From: a bacterium
GTDB lineage: Bacteria; SAR324; NAC60-12
Reading direction: 5' to 3'
DNA: 64,000 nucleotides
Assembly (NCBI GenBank): GCA_965209155.1
Contig: OZ242383.1
Location: 3,360,001-3,424,000, forward strand
This document shows, one piece after another, positions 1 to 9,616 of this stretch. The notes beneath the pieces were generated by a model. It saw only the letters and a list, made by a program, of their open reading frames with translations, was not told the DNA's origin and ran no database searches. The position numbers were made by a program, and so were the translations under genes. Numbering within the stretch: the stretch's first letter is position 1; the number at the start of each line of letters is the position of its first letter.

Positions 1-36
1 TTAACGTTGCGCATAAAACATAAATAAGGAGAGCCA

Positions 37-441
37 ATGGGAGTATTTAGTGTACCAATACAGCTTAAAAATTGGCAAAACCGATTTCTCTCAGAAGAAA
101 AGAGAGGAGAAGACATTACCTGTGATGCCTTGGTGGATTCCGGAGCCGCCGAATTGGCTCTCCCCGTAGAAATTATTAATCGTCTCAAATTAGAAGAATC
201 AGGGGACGTTCGCGTCTACACTGCTGATGGTGGGGAACATGAATATCGAGTATTTGGAATGGTAGAAGTTGAGGTTGGTGGTCGTATTTGTCATGTTCGT
301 GCAATTGAACTGCCCCACGGAGCAGAACCTCTACTCGGAGCCGTGCCACTTGAAGAGATGGATTGGCATATATCTCCTCAAGAGAAAAAACTTGTACCTA
401 ACCCCCGTTCTCCTGAAAAACCGCTTTTGCCACTATGTTAA
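37..441 (+). CDS. Clan AA (retropepsin-like) aspartic protease, single domain
   Basis: ALVDSGA catalytic motif, TADG flap and LLGAVPLE C-terminal motif; AAGGAG RBS upstream. Confidence 0.8.
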   Translation: MGVFSVPIQLKNWQNRFLSEEKRGEDITCDALVDSGAAELALPVEIINRLKLEESGDVRVYTADGGEHEYRVFGMVEVEVGGRICHVRAIELPHGAEPLLGAVPLEEMDWHISPQEKKLVPNPRSPEKPLLPLC

Positions 442-550
442 TTGCAGGTATGCTAATCAAATGAAGCATTTTCTCAACCAGGTCAGTTCAGTTTTGGATG
501 CTCTCGAGGGAAAAATTCATTTAAGGTATTGAAAACAGGAAAGCAGAAAA

Positions 551-636
551 TAAGATCGAGTGAAGAAACTGAAGAAATAATAGCTGGCATTCCCCATATG
601 AATATTTAAGATCGAGTGAAGAAACTGAAGAAATAA
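551..636. repeat. Perfect 30-bp direct repeat (551-580 and 607-636) with a 26-bp spacer
   Basis: TAAGATCGAGTGAAGAAACTGAAGAAATAA occurs twice. Confidence 0.9.
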
Positions 637-855
637 AGGAGTGACGCTCGATCGAGGACGACTCGAATTTCCGGTTGACGTGAAGCATTCGGCACCGATA
701 CGAATCTCCGGGCAACGGATTGACGTTCCGTAAAATGTGACGCCAAAGGACGGCAATGTATAATTCCCCTTGAATATCTGAATTTTACCATATATTATAT
801 ATTGACGCTTCGGCAGCATGGATCAATTCAAACCCGGATCGGAAAGGAACTTGAT

Positions 856-2994
856 TTGGACGCAATCGTATTATGGATCATCGTATTGGGAGTATCGGGT
901 CTGGCAATCGCCTTGGTTTATGCGCGGAAAACGGCGGCCATTCCCATTGACGAAGGTATAGAATCAGCGGAGCAAGCCAGACAATTGCGTTCCATTCACG
1001 GGGCCATTGCGGAAGGCGCCATGGCATTTTTGAACCAACAGTATCGCTATCTCGCCATATTCATCATCGTCTTTGCCTTGATCATCACCTTTTTGATCGA
1101 CGATCCTCACACACCGGAGGTCAACGAAGGCATTTATACTGCCATTGCCTTCATACTGGGTTGCCTGATTTCCCTCATCTCCGGATTCATCGGCATGAGA
1201 ATTGCGACGGTGGGCAACGTACGAGTAACGGTTTCTGCGAGAGCCTCCATCGAAAAAGCATTCAACATCGCTCTGAAATCCGGCGCGGTGATGGGATTTG
1301 GTCTGGTCGGACTGGCGGTCGTTGGTTTGATTCTGATCTACGTGATATTGCATGCCCTCCTGCCTGAGCTGGACACGCATATCTTGATGGAAGTGATTGC
1401 AGGGTTCGGCTTGGGAGGCTCTTCCATCGCCCTCTTCGCCCGGGTTGGAGGCGGTATTTTTACGAAAGCGGCCGACGTGGGGGCGGATCTCGTGGGAAAA
1501 GTGGAACAGGGGATTCCGGAAGACGATCCGAGAAATCCTGCCGTGATCGCCGACAACGTCGGGGACAACGTCGGGGATGTTGCCGGAATGGGCGCCGACT
1601 TGTTCGGTTCCTGCGCAGAAAGCACTTGCGCCGCTTTGGTTATCGGAGCGGTTGCTTTTGCCGCCAACCTTCAGGCCCTGCTTTATCCCATCCTGATTTC
1701 CGCCATTGGTATCCCGGTCAGCCTGGTTACCCTGATGCTCATCCGCGTGAAGCAGGAAAGCGACGTCGCACCTGCTCTCAAACGCATACTACTGATTGCG
1801 ACGGCCTTGATGGCCGTTGTCATTTTCTTTGTCACTTTGTGGCTTTTGCCCGATTCTTTTGAAATCAATGGAATTGCATATACCAACCTCGGAATTTTTT
1901 TCTGTTTCCTTTCCGGACTGGTTGGCGGACTGGTCATCGGGCTTTTCACCGAGCGATACACTTCCCACGATTACAAATATGTTCGTGAAGTGGCCAAATC
2001 CACGGAAACCGGCGCGGCCACGAATATTATTTTTGGCCTGGCACTGGGATATTTCAGTTCCGTACCGGCTATCCTGGCCATCGCAATCAGCGTCTTCATT
2101 TCATTTCAACTGGGAGGAATGTATGGCGTGGCGATTGCCTCCCTGGGTATGCTGGGGACTTTGGTCGTCGCCCTCACTATCGATGCTTATGGACCCGTAG
2201 CCGACAATGCCGGTGGCATCGCAGAGATGGCGGGAATGGGAAAAGACGTGCGGGAACGCACGGATTTACTGGACGCCGCAGGGAACACGACTGCGGCGAT
2301 TGGTAAGGGTTTTGCAATCGGGTCGGCAATCTTGACGGCCTTGGCGTTGATCACCGCATTTCTGACCCGGGCCAATTTACTGGATCCGGAAGCTCGCATC
2401 CTGGAAAGCATCAACCTGGTCGATCCCCTGGTATTGACTTGTTTGTTCATCGGTGCGGTCTTGCCTTTCTTTTTTTCAGCCATGACCATGAAATCCGTAG
2501 GCAAAGCGGCCTATGACATGATCGAGGAGGTGCGGCGACAATTCAAATCCATCCCGGGATTGATGGAAGGAAAAGCCACTCCCGACTATCGAAAATGCGT
2601 GGAAATTTCCACGGCAGCTGCTTTACGGGAAATGATACCTCCCGGAATTCTGATTTTTGCCACTCCCTTGATCGTCGGATTTTTATTTGGCATTCCCGCC
2701 GTTGCGGGAATCCTGATCGGGTCGCTGATTACGGGGGGCGTGCTGGCCATTGCTTCTGCCAATTCAGGAGGCGCCTGGGATAATGCGAAAAAATTCATCG
2801 AAACCGGAGAATTGGGAGGAAAAGGCTCTGAGGCTCATAAAGCTGCTGTGGTAGGAGATACCGTAGGAGATCCATTCAAAGACACTTCCGGGCCCTCCCT
2901 GAACATCCTGATCAAACTTTCAGCAATTCTGAGCCTGGTGTTTGTGCCGTTTTTTGTCCAATACGGAGGAATACTGAGCGGGTTTATCAAGTAA
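856..2994 (+). CDS. hppA: Membrane-bound pyrophosphatase, K+-dependent type, probably H+-pumping
   Basis: [35 protein letters not shown] and [14 protein letters not shown] motifs; TTG at 856 follows an AAGGAA RBS (ORF track starts at 802). Confidence 0.95.
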   Translation: MDAIVLWIIVLGVSGLAIALVYARKTAAIPIDEGIESAEQARQLRSIHGAIAEGAMAFLNQQYRYLAIFIIVFALIITFLIDDPHTPEVNEGIYTAIAFILGCLISLISGFIGMRIATVGNVRVTVSARASIEKAFNIALKSGAVMGFGLVGLAVVGLILIYVILHALLPELDTHILMEVIAGFGLGGSSIALFARVGGGIFTKAADVGADLVGKVEQGIPEDDPRNPAVIADNVGDNVGDVAGMGADLFGSCAESTCAALVIGAVAFAANLQALLYPILISAIGIPVSLVTLMLIRVKQESDVAPALKRILLIATALMAVVIFFVTLWLLPDSFEINGIAYTNLGIFFCFLSGLVGGLVIGLFTERYTSHDYKYVREVAKSTETGAATNIIFGLALGYFSSVPAILAIAISVFISFQLGGMYGVAIASLGMLGTLVVALTIDAYGPVADNAGGIAEMAGMGKDVRERTDLLDAAGNTTAAIGKGFAIGSAILTALALITAFLTRANLLDPEARILESINLVDPLVLTCLFIGAVLPFFFSAMTMKSVGKAAYDMIEEVRRQFKSIPGLMEGKATPDYRKCVEISTAAALREMIPPGILIFATPLIVGFLFGIPAVAGILIGSLITGGVLAIASANSGGAWDNAKKFIETGELGGKGSEAHKAAVVGDTVGDPFKDTSGPSLNILIKLSAILSLVFVPFFVQYGGILSGFIK

Positions 2995-3558
2995 TTAATC
3001 TCATTAAACCACCAGCTCTGCTGGTGCGAACCTAATAGGCTTTGCCGGTCAGACATGAGAAACGTAACCGTGTCCGTGAGCCGTGCTCGTGCTCGTGAAC
3101 GGTCAGTGAATTCGACGGCACATTTTGGTTAACATAGAAACAATGCGATGAAGTAACTGTTTCCCTTCGTCAAATAAAGGAGGCTGGATGATCTTCAACA
3201 CGTTTAAAACATCGAGAATAGCAGCGCATTCCATTGCGGAACCTCGGGCAAATGCATAGAATCGTTGCTTGTCAGGAAAGGAATTTTTTCCACAGCCTTC
3301 TGCGATATTGAGAGGAATCGACCATGAGGCCCTTTTCAGTTGGTCAACTAAGGCTGAGTATCCTTTTGGCAATGTTTCGATGACTTGGACAAATAACGCT
3401 AAAAATTCGATGGAAGATTGGTATACATCGAGTTTTTCATGATCTAACATGGCAGCCTTTTTCGTTCACGAGCACGAGCACGTCATACGATGACGAACAC
3501 GTTTTGCCCTCATACTGGGGGCCTCTTCAAGCCACCGGCTCTGCCGGTGGTGATGACT
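2992..3558. mobile_element. 567-bp non-autonomous IS200/IS605-end element carrying a four-helix-bundle gene, copy 1
   Basis: Near-identical to 12425-12991 (same length, substitutions only); terminal hairpins CACCAGC-TCT-GCTGGTG and ACCACCGGC-type CCACCGGC-TCT-GCCGGTGG; left end resembles the tnpA left end at 25354. Confidence 0.85.
3103..3450 (-). CDS. Four-helix-bundle protein (23S rRNA IVS protein / bAvd-like family)
   Basis: [25 protein letters not shown] and FARGSAMEC signature motifs. Confidence 0.9.
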   Translation of the reverse strand: MLDHEKLDVYQSSIEFLALFVQVIETLPKGYSALVDQLKRASWSIPLNIAEGCGKNSFPDKQRFYAFARGSAMECAAILDVLNVLKIIQPPLFDEGKQLLHRIVSMLTKMCRRIH

Positions 3559-3593
3559 TTCAACCCTCTCTTCTTTGGTATCGACAACAATGG

Positions 3594-4790
3594 TCAAGTA
3601 GTATGCTCCAGGGCGCTTTCCAGGATAGAAAGTCCTTCCTCGAGTTCCTCTTTGTTGATATTGAGCGCTGGAAAAATGCGGATACCATTGCCCTGGGTCT
3701 GTCTGACAAAGAGGCCTTGCTCCTGACAGTAATCGGTGATGGCAGTAGCCGTCTGCTCCTCTTGAAATTCCAGGAGCAGCAGCAATCCTTTTCCACGCGC
3801 TTCAGAAATCAGGCCAGGATATTTTTGCTGCCAGTTTCCCATGCGTTGCAAGGCGAGTTTGCTCATGGTTGCCACATTCGAGGAGATGTCATGGTCCAGT
3901 AAATAGCGGATCACGGCATAGGAAACCGCGCATCCGAGAGGATTGCCGCAATAGGTGCCCCCATGATCTCCTACTTCAAATTGCAAGGCAACTGATTCGG
4001 AAACGGCAAATGCGCCCAGGGGGAACCCGCCGGCCATTCCTTTGGCCATGGTAAAAAAATCGGCTTCCATATCCAAGGAATCGATTGCGAACATCGGACC
4101 CGTCCTGCAGAATCCCGTCTGGATTTCATCGATTATCAACAAACTGCCGTTGGCTTTACAAAGTCGGGAGACCGTTTCCAAATATCCCGCAGAGGGGACT
4201 TTCACGCCACCTTCACCCTGTACCGGCTCCAAGATGACGGCGGCTACCTTTGAGTCCAATGCCTCTTCCAGGGCAGGGACGTCATCAAAAGGGATGAATC
4301 GATAATTGGGCATCACCGGATTGAATTTGGCGCGATGCTGCGCCTGTCCCGTTGCGGATACCGTGCTGATGGTCCTGCCGTGGAAACTTTGATTGGTCGA
4401 AATCACGTCCGGCCTTCCCGTGACTTTACGTGCCATTTTCAAGGAAGCGTCATTGGCTTCCGCGCCGCTGTTGGAAAAAAAAACTCTTGTCAGCTTGTCG
4501 GGCAACACCTGCTGCAAGAGTTCCAGCAATCGCGCCCGTGGCGGGGAATAGGTCAATCCCGAGTTAGGATTCTGAATTATTTTCCGTCCTTGCTCCTGCA
4601 AGGCATTCGTGATGACGGAATTAGCGTGCCCAATGGAAGTCACTCCCCATCCTGAAGTAAAATCGATGTATTTGCGATTGTTTTCATCCCAAACATACAC
4701 TCCTTCTCCACGCGTAATGGAAATTGGAATTTTTTGAAAAAAAGGTGGGGAGTGCTTATCTTCAATTTCCATGGTTCTTGTGGTCGTCAT
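3594..4790 (-). CDS. argD: Class III PLP aminotransferase (acetylornithine aminotransferase-like)
   Basis: NSGAEAN, SFHGRT, EPVQGEGG, DEIQTG, AKG and HGGTY motifs. Confidence 0.8.
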   Translation of the reverse strand: MTTTRTMEIEDKHSPPFFQKIPISITRGEGVYVWDENNRKYIDFTSGWGVTSIGHANSVITNALQEQGRKIIQNPNSGLTYSPPRARLLELLQQVLPDKLTRVFFSNSGAEANDASLKMARKVTGRPDVISTNQSFHGRTISTVSATGQAQHRAKFNPVMPNYRFIPFDDVPALEEALDSKVAAVILEPVQGEGGVKVPSAGYLETVSRLCKANGSLLIIDEIQTGFCRTGPMFAIDSLDMEADFFTMAKGMAGGFPLGAFAVSESVALQFEVGDHGGTYCGNPLGCAVSYAVIRYLLDHDISSNVATMSKLALQRMGNWQQKYPGLISEARGKGLLLLLEFQEEQTATAITDYCQEQGLFVRQTQGNGIRIFPALNINKEELEEGLSILESALEHTT

Positions 4791-5184
4791 TATGTCCCTG
4801 TTCCTTTCCGTACTTCGTTTGATGGAGGATTTTCGAGAATTGTCACGTTGCCGCGGTCACTGCATTCGAGTGGTTCGACCCAATACCGCGAATTTCCCCG
4901 AACGGCTTGCCATAATGCGTGAAATTGTAACAAAGGGCAGGAAGATAAACAAGCGAAAGCCTCCTCGTAAAACAAAGGCGGGTTTCGACGTGTCGAGGTA
5001 CTATTCCGGGATTGTTGATAATTGTCTTAAGTATCATACCCAAACCATGTATCATATACTGGAAAATCATATCGCTTCACCCACGATATCGTTAGATTGA
5101 TACCACGCTATCGATCATCGAAGGGGTAGGAACCCCATATCGAAAATGATTTTTTAAGTGCATTTTTCGTCATCGGATTTTGAA

Positions 5185-6369
5185 ATGAAACCACTGGAAA
5201 TTGAAGCCCCCAATCGCGTTCTTTCATGGGTCAATCATGAACTGGGCAACGACGAGATGCGCATGATTCGGAACATGGCTGGTCTGCCATGTATATTTAA
5301 ACACATCGCTCTCATGCCGGATGCCCATCTCGGCAAAGGGGCGATGGTGGGTTCCGTAATCGCTACAAAAGACGCCATCATTCCCGCAGCAGTGGGAGTA
5401 GACATCGGCTGTGGGATGATGGCCAGAAAGTTGCCGTTCAAAGCATCGGCACTGGAAGGGAAATTACACGATCTGCGACTTGCCATTGAATCCAAAATCC
5501 CGCTCGGATTCGACGGAAACAAACGTATCGAGAAACCCGTGGAACAATGGAGAGGCTGGAAACGATTCAAGGACCTCCATCCCGGAGTGCAGAAAAAAAG
5601 TGAAAAAGCCCTCTCCCAACTGGGATCACTGGGAGGGGGAAACCATTTTATCGAGATTTGTATCGACTACGATTCGGCAGATCCCCATGTTTGGTTAATG
5701 CTGCACAGTGGATCCCGACATATCGGAAATGCGCTGGCAAGCTGTCATATCAGCACTGCCAAACATTTACGAAAGCTGATGGATCAACTCGTTCCGGATC
5801 CCGACCTGTCTTATTTCGTCCAGGGAACGCAAGAATTCAACGCATATTGGCAGGACCTGCAATGGGCGCAGAAATATGCTTTTAAAAACCGTGAAATCAT
5901 GATGGATCGCCTGATGATTATCATGGCCAGGTACTTGAATGAGAGGGAACCTTTTGCTGTGGAATTATCGGTCAATTGTCACCACAACTATGCCAGTCTG
6001 GAACACCATTTTGGTGAGGACGTTTTTGTGACGCGAAAAGGGGCGGTTGCTGCAAACACGGACGATTACGGAATCATTCCGGGGTCGATGGGAACCAAGT
6101 CGTACATCGTACGAGGAAAAGGCAATTCCCACAGTTTTTATTCCTGCAGCCATGGCGCAGGGCGCGCCATGTCCAGAAACCAGGCAAAAAAACGCTTTTC
6201 CCTCAGAGATTTGGAGCATCAGACCACAGGCGTGGAATGCCGGAAAGATAAAGGCGTGCTGGATGAAATTCCAGGGGCTTACAAAGACATCGATGAGGTC
6301 ATGGAAGCACAGGCAGACCTGGTGGAAATCGTCGCCTGTCTCAAACAAGTGCTCTGCGTAAAAGGATAG
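5185..6369 (+). CDS. rtcB: RtcB family RNA ligase
   Basis: MPDAH, VGVDIGCG, GGGNHFIE, HSGSR, HHNY, PGSMG, SHGAGR and DEIPGAYK motifs; start at 5185 or 5158. Confidence 0.95.
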   Translation: MKPLEIEAPNRVLSWVNHELGNDEMRMIRNMAGLPCIFKHIALMPDAHLGKGAMVGSVIATKDAIIPAAVGVDIGCGMMARKLPFKASALEGKLHDLRLAIESKIPLGFDGNKRIEKPVEQWRGWKRFKDLHPGVQKKSEKALSQLGSLGGGNHFIEICIDYDSADPHVWLMLHSGSRHIGNALASCHISTAKHLRKLMDQLVPDPDLSYFVQGTQEFNAYWQDLQWAQKYAFKNREIMMDRLMIIMARYLNEREPFAVELSVNCHHNYASLEHHFGEDVFVTRKGAVAANTDDYGIIPGSMGTKSYIVRGKGNSHSFYSCSHGAGRAMSRNQAKKRFSLRDLEHQTTGVECRKDKGVLDEIPGAYKDIDEVMEAQADLVEIVACLKQVLCVKG

Positions 6370-6371
6370 CG

Positions 6372-7484
6372 ATGATTTTTTTTCGTTATGTCTTTGGTCA
6401 AATGTTGCTTCCCTATCTCATGGGAGTGCTGATTCTGACCTTCATCTTTTCCCTGGATACCATCTATCAACTGATCCATTTGCTGGTCATCAAAGGCGCA
6501 GGTAGTAGCGTGATCTGGCTTGTTTTTTACCGCATGCCTCAATTTTTGGCCTCAACCCTGCCTTTGGGGGTGGTCATTGCCGTGATGGTGGTGATGACGC
6601 GACTCTCCATGGACCTGGAAATTACGGCAATGCGGTCAATGGGAACGGGGATCCGCGTCTTTGTTCAACCCGTATTGGTTTTCGGATTGCTGGTCACGGG
6701 AATGACCTACTTGATGACATTGTGGGCCCAACCGATGGGATACGCAGCATTTGAAAGAGAAAAATTGAAACTGCTCCGTTCCCATGCTTCCGGACAAATC
6801 CGACCCAAAGTGATCAATGAAGATTTCAATGGCAAAATCCTTTATGTGGATGGCAAATCAAGCAATGACCATCTAGCGGGAGTTTTCATCGCAGACCGGG
6901 AACTCAAGAAACAATCCATGGTAATTATGGCCGATCAAGGAAAAATATCTCTGCAGGAGGAGGAACAAGCGATCGAACTGAAACTGTTTGACGGGACCAT
7001 TCATCTCACTGCAATCAAACCGGAGGTTTATCGCACGGTGACTTTCAAGGTACTGGATTATATTTTTGATGCTCCCAGAGTAAATGAAGTCAATTCCAGC
7101 ATCTGGGGAGTGCCCACCCGTGAACTTCTCGATCTCGACCGGAAAAAAGCTCTCCTGGAATTGTTACTTCGCATGACGACTCCGTTGGCCGGCGTGGTAT
7201 TCGCGCTCGCGTCCATTAACCTGGGCATCACAGATCCCAGAAGTGGACGTACAGGCGCTTACTTACGAGCTGTGATCCTGGTCATCGTCTACTATATCTT
7301 GTGGTTGGGATCCAAAAACCTGTCCTTCAAGAATATCGTCTCTCCACATCTTTTGTGGGGCCCTCCTGCGATCATCCTAATATATGGAATTTATACCCTT
7401 TACAAACTGCGCTACAACCCGGAACATCTGCCGCTCACTCTGCAACTATGGTGGTCGGGCAATTCAAAATCCAATGCCTCATGA
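6372..7484 (+). CDS. lptF: LPS export ABC transporter permease, LptF/LptG family
   Basis: 3+3 TM layout with RLSMDLEITAMRSMG motif and periplasmic beta domain. Confidence 0.8.
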   Translation: MIFFRYVFGQMLLPYLMGVLILTFIFSLDTIYQLIHLLVIKGAGSSVIWLVFYRMPQFLASTLPLGVVIAVMVVMTRLSMDLEITAMRSMGTGIRVFVQPVLVFGLLVTGMTYLMTLWAQPMGYAAFEREKLKLLRSHASGQIRPKVINEDFNGKILYVDGKSSNDHLAGVFIADRELKKQSMVIMADQGKISLQEEEQAIELKLFDGTIHLTAIKPEVYRTVTFKVLDYIFDAPRVNEVNSSIWGVPTRELLDLDRKKALLELLLRMTTPLAGVVFALASINLGITDPRSGRTGAYLRAVILVIVYYILWLGSKNLSFKNIVSPHLLWGPPAIILIYGIYTLYKLRYNPEHLPLTLQLWWSGNSKSNAS

Positions 7485-8476
7485 AGTTTGTCGATTCCAT
7501 AAAAATTCATGTGCGTTCCGGTACGGGAGGATCGGGTTGCAGTTCCTTTCGACGTGAAAAATACGTACCACGAGGAGGCCCGGATGGGGGAGATGGGGGC
7601 AGCGGTGGAAATATCATATTTTTTGGTGATCCTCAAAAAAATACATTGCTGGATTTGTCATTCAATCAACATCAACATGCTTTAAACGGTCTGACCGGCG
7701 CAGGGAAAAACCAGCAAGGAAAAAACGGGCAAGACCGCAGAATTCCGGTTCCTTTGGGAACCGTTGTCAAAGACTCTGAAAGTGGAGAAGTTCTTTTGGA
7801 AATCCTCGAGGCGAAATCTTATCTTTTTTTGAAGGGAGGAAAGGGTGGGGCCGGCAATGCCAGGTTCAAGAGCTCAACCAATCAAGCGCCTGAATATCAT
7901 CATTCCGGAAAAGAAGGGCAAGAGCGTTGGCTGCGATTGGAACTGAAATTGATGGCGGATGTCGGCTTGGTTGGGTTACCCAATGCAGGAAAATCCACTT
8001 TTATCCGTGCTGTTTCACAAGCGCATCCAAAGGTTGCGGATTATCCGTTCACCACCCTCGTTCCCCACCTCGGAGTTGTTCGAACGGAAAACTATGAAAC
8101 GTTCGTGGTGGCGGACATTCCAGGAATTATACAAGGGGCTCATGCCGGAGGTGGATTAGGAGATCGTTTTTTACGTCATATCGAACGTACATCGATTTTG
8201 GCCATATTGCTCGATATTTCAGAATATTCAGAGCATCCCCCCTTGGATGCGTATTCTATTTTGCTCAAAGAACTGCAATTGTTTTCCACGTTCCTTATTG
8301 AAAAACCGCGCTTGATCATTTTGACCAAGCTGGACACGGTTTATGATCAACAAATGCTGGAGGAACTTTCAGGAAAACTGGAATCATTGGGAGAAGTCGT
8401 CTTTGCGGTTTCGGCGACCACCGGAAAAAATCTGCAACCTGCGTTGCAATTCATGGCAAATGCAGTTAATAACTGA
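7481..8476 (+). CDS. obgE: GTPase ObgE/CgtA
   Basis: MKFVD start overlapping the lptF stop; FRREKYVPRGGPDGGDGG, GLPNAGKS and DIPG motifs. Confidence 0.95.
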   Translation: MKFVDSIKIHVRSGTGGSGCSSFRREKYVPRGGPDGGDGGSGGNIIFFGDPQKNTLLDLSFNQHQHALNGLTGAGKNQQGKNGQDRRIPVPLGTVVKDSESGEVLLEILEAKSYLFLKGGKGGAGNARFKSSTNQAPEYHHSGKEGQERWLRLELKLMADVGLVGLPNAGKSTFIRAVSQAHPKVADYPFTTLVPHLGVVRTENYETFVVADIPGIIQGAHAGGGLGDRFLRHIERTSILAILLDISEYSEHPPLDAYSILLKELQLFSTFLIEKPRLIILTKLDTVYDQQMLEELSGKLESLGEVVFAVSATTGKNLQPALQFMANAVNN

Positions 8477-8580
8477 GTTTGCGTAAACAAATTTTGCAAG
8501 TATGCCCTTGATTGATCCTTTAAGCGTCAAAACAGGATCAGCGCAAAATTTCGAAAAACCTGGACCAGTCAGGAATCTCC

Positions 8581-8826
8581 ATGAACCTGGAACTTTACTA
8601 TCATGACATGTGTCCTTTTTGTCACCTCGTGATGCGTACCATCGAGGAACTGGGAATCGAGGAGCGCGTCTTGTTCAAAGATATTTTGCAACACCATGAA
8701 TTCGCTGAAGAATTAATGCGGATCAATGGACACCGACAAGTGCCATGTCTGGTTATCGATGGACAACCAATGATCGAATCGGCGGACATCAATCAATACC
8801 TCAACGCCAACTTTTCCCATTTTTAA
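8581..8826 (+). CDS. Glutaredoxin-like protein (CPFC)
   Basis: CPFC active site; QVPCL and ESADI motifs. Confidence 0.85.
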   Translation: MNLELYYHDMCPFCHLVMRTIEELGIEERVLFKDILQHHEFAEELMRINGHRQVPCLVIDGQPMIESADINQYLNANFSHF

Positions 8827-8903
8827 AACCGGTATAAAAAGCGCTAACCACCTTATCTTTGTAAAAATTCGCCGTTCGAGTAGGCAACGGGTAAAAGTTT
8901 GAG

Positions 8904-8931
8904 TTGCAAATTCGTATGATTGCGCTACGAT
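8904..8931 (+). promoter_or_regulatory. Candidate sigma70 promoter upstream of the Sec-peroxiredoxin leader
   Basis: TTGCAA-16 nt-TACGAT. Confidence 0.35.
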
Positions 8932-9144
8932 ACTGCCATCATCGGATCTGTTTGTACGGATCTTAACCTGGAAATTACCAGGTTATCTTTCAAATCTCAG
9001 ATGTACTGTTTTGATTGTTCGTTCCCCTTCAAAGATGTTTCATTGCAAACGAATGTGAGAAATCCCGACGTTCCATGTCGAGAGGACACCGGGGGATAAC
9101 CTGATGAGCCAGTACGGAAATCACTTTAAAAAGTAAGGAGAATC

Positions 9145-9615
9145 ATGATTGAAGTAGGAGCACAAGCCCCTGAATTTAAATTGGCAAGTCACTTGGGAGG
9201 AAAAGAATTTTCCCTGAGCCAGTTCAAAGGAGAAAAGAATGTGATGCTGGTTTTCTATCCTTTGGATTGGACAGGCACTTGAAGCAAGGAGATGCCGGAT
9301 ATTGAATCACGGATTGGTGATTTCAAAGCGGCAGACACTCAAGTTCTGGGTGTTAGTATAGACAGTCATTATTGCCATGAAAACTGGGCATCTTCCCTGG
9401 GCGGGATTTCATATCCGTTGCTCGCCGACTTTCATCCCAAAGGCGCAATGGCGAGGAGTTATGGATTGTTTTTAGAAGACAATGGCATTACCGATAGAGC
9501 TACGGTGATAATCGACAAGCAAGGTATCGTGCGTTATGCGCATTCCGTCACACCTGGCGGGCATCGCCAGTCCGAAGATCTTTTGACCGAATGTCAGAAA
9601 GTGAACGCGGGATAA
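9145..9615 (+). CDS. Selenocysteine-containing peroxiredoxin (AhpC/TSA, AhpE-like)
   Basis: AAGGAG RBS and ATG at 9145, in frame with ORF 9292-9615; reads ...FYPLDWTGT(TGA 9280-9282)SKEMP, matching PxxxTxxC with U; downstream stem-loop at 9302-9326. Confidence 0.88.
9302..9326 (+). promoter_or_regulatory. Putative bacterial SECIS element
   Basis: TTGAATCAC-GGATTG-GTGATTTCAA stem with one bulged U; loop starts with G, 28 nt after the UGA. Confidence 0.7.
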
Positions 9616-9616
9616 A

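Noticed and set aside
551..636. Mini CRISPR array
   Set aside because: Only two repeats, non-palindromic, spacer shorter than the repeat, and no cas genes in the window
9101..9124. Hammerhead ribozyme core (CTGATGA...GAAA)
   Set aside because: Stem II lacks the G-C pair closing before GAAA, and stems I and III could not be built
9292..9615. ORF-track 107-aa protein, or a Prx pseudogene
   Set aside because: Better explained by Sec readthrough from ATG 9145
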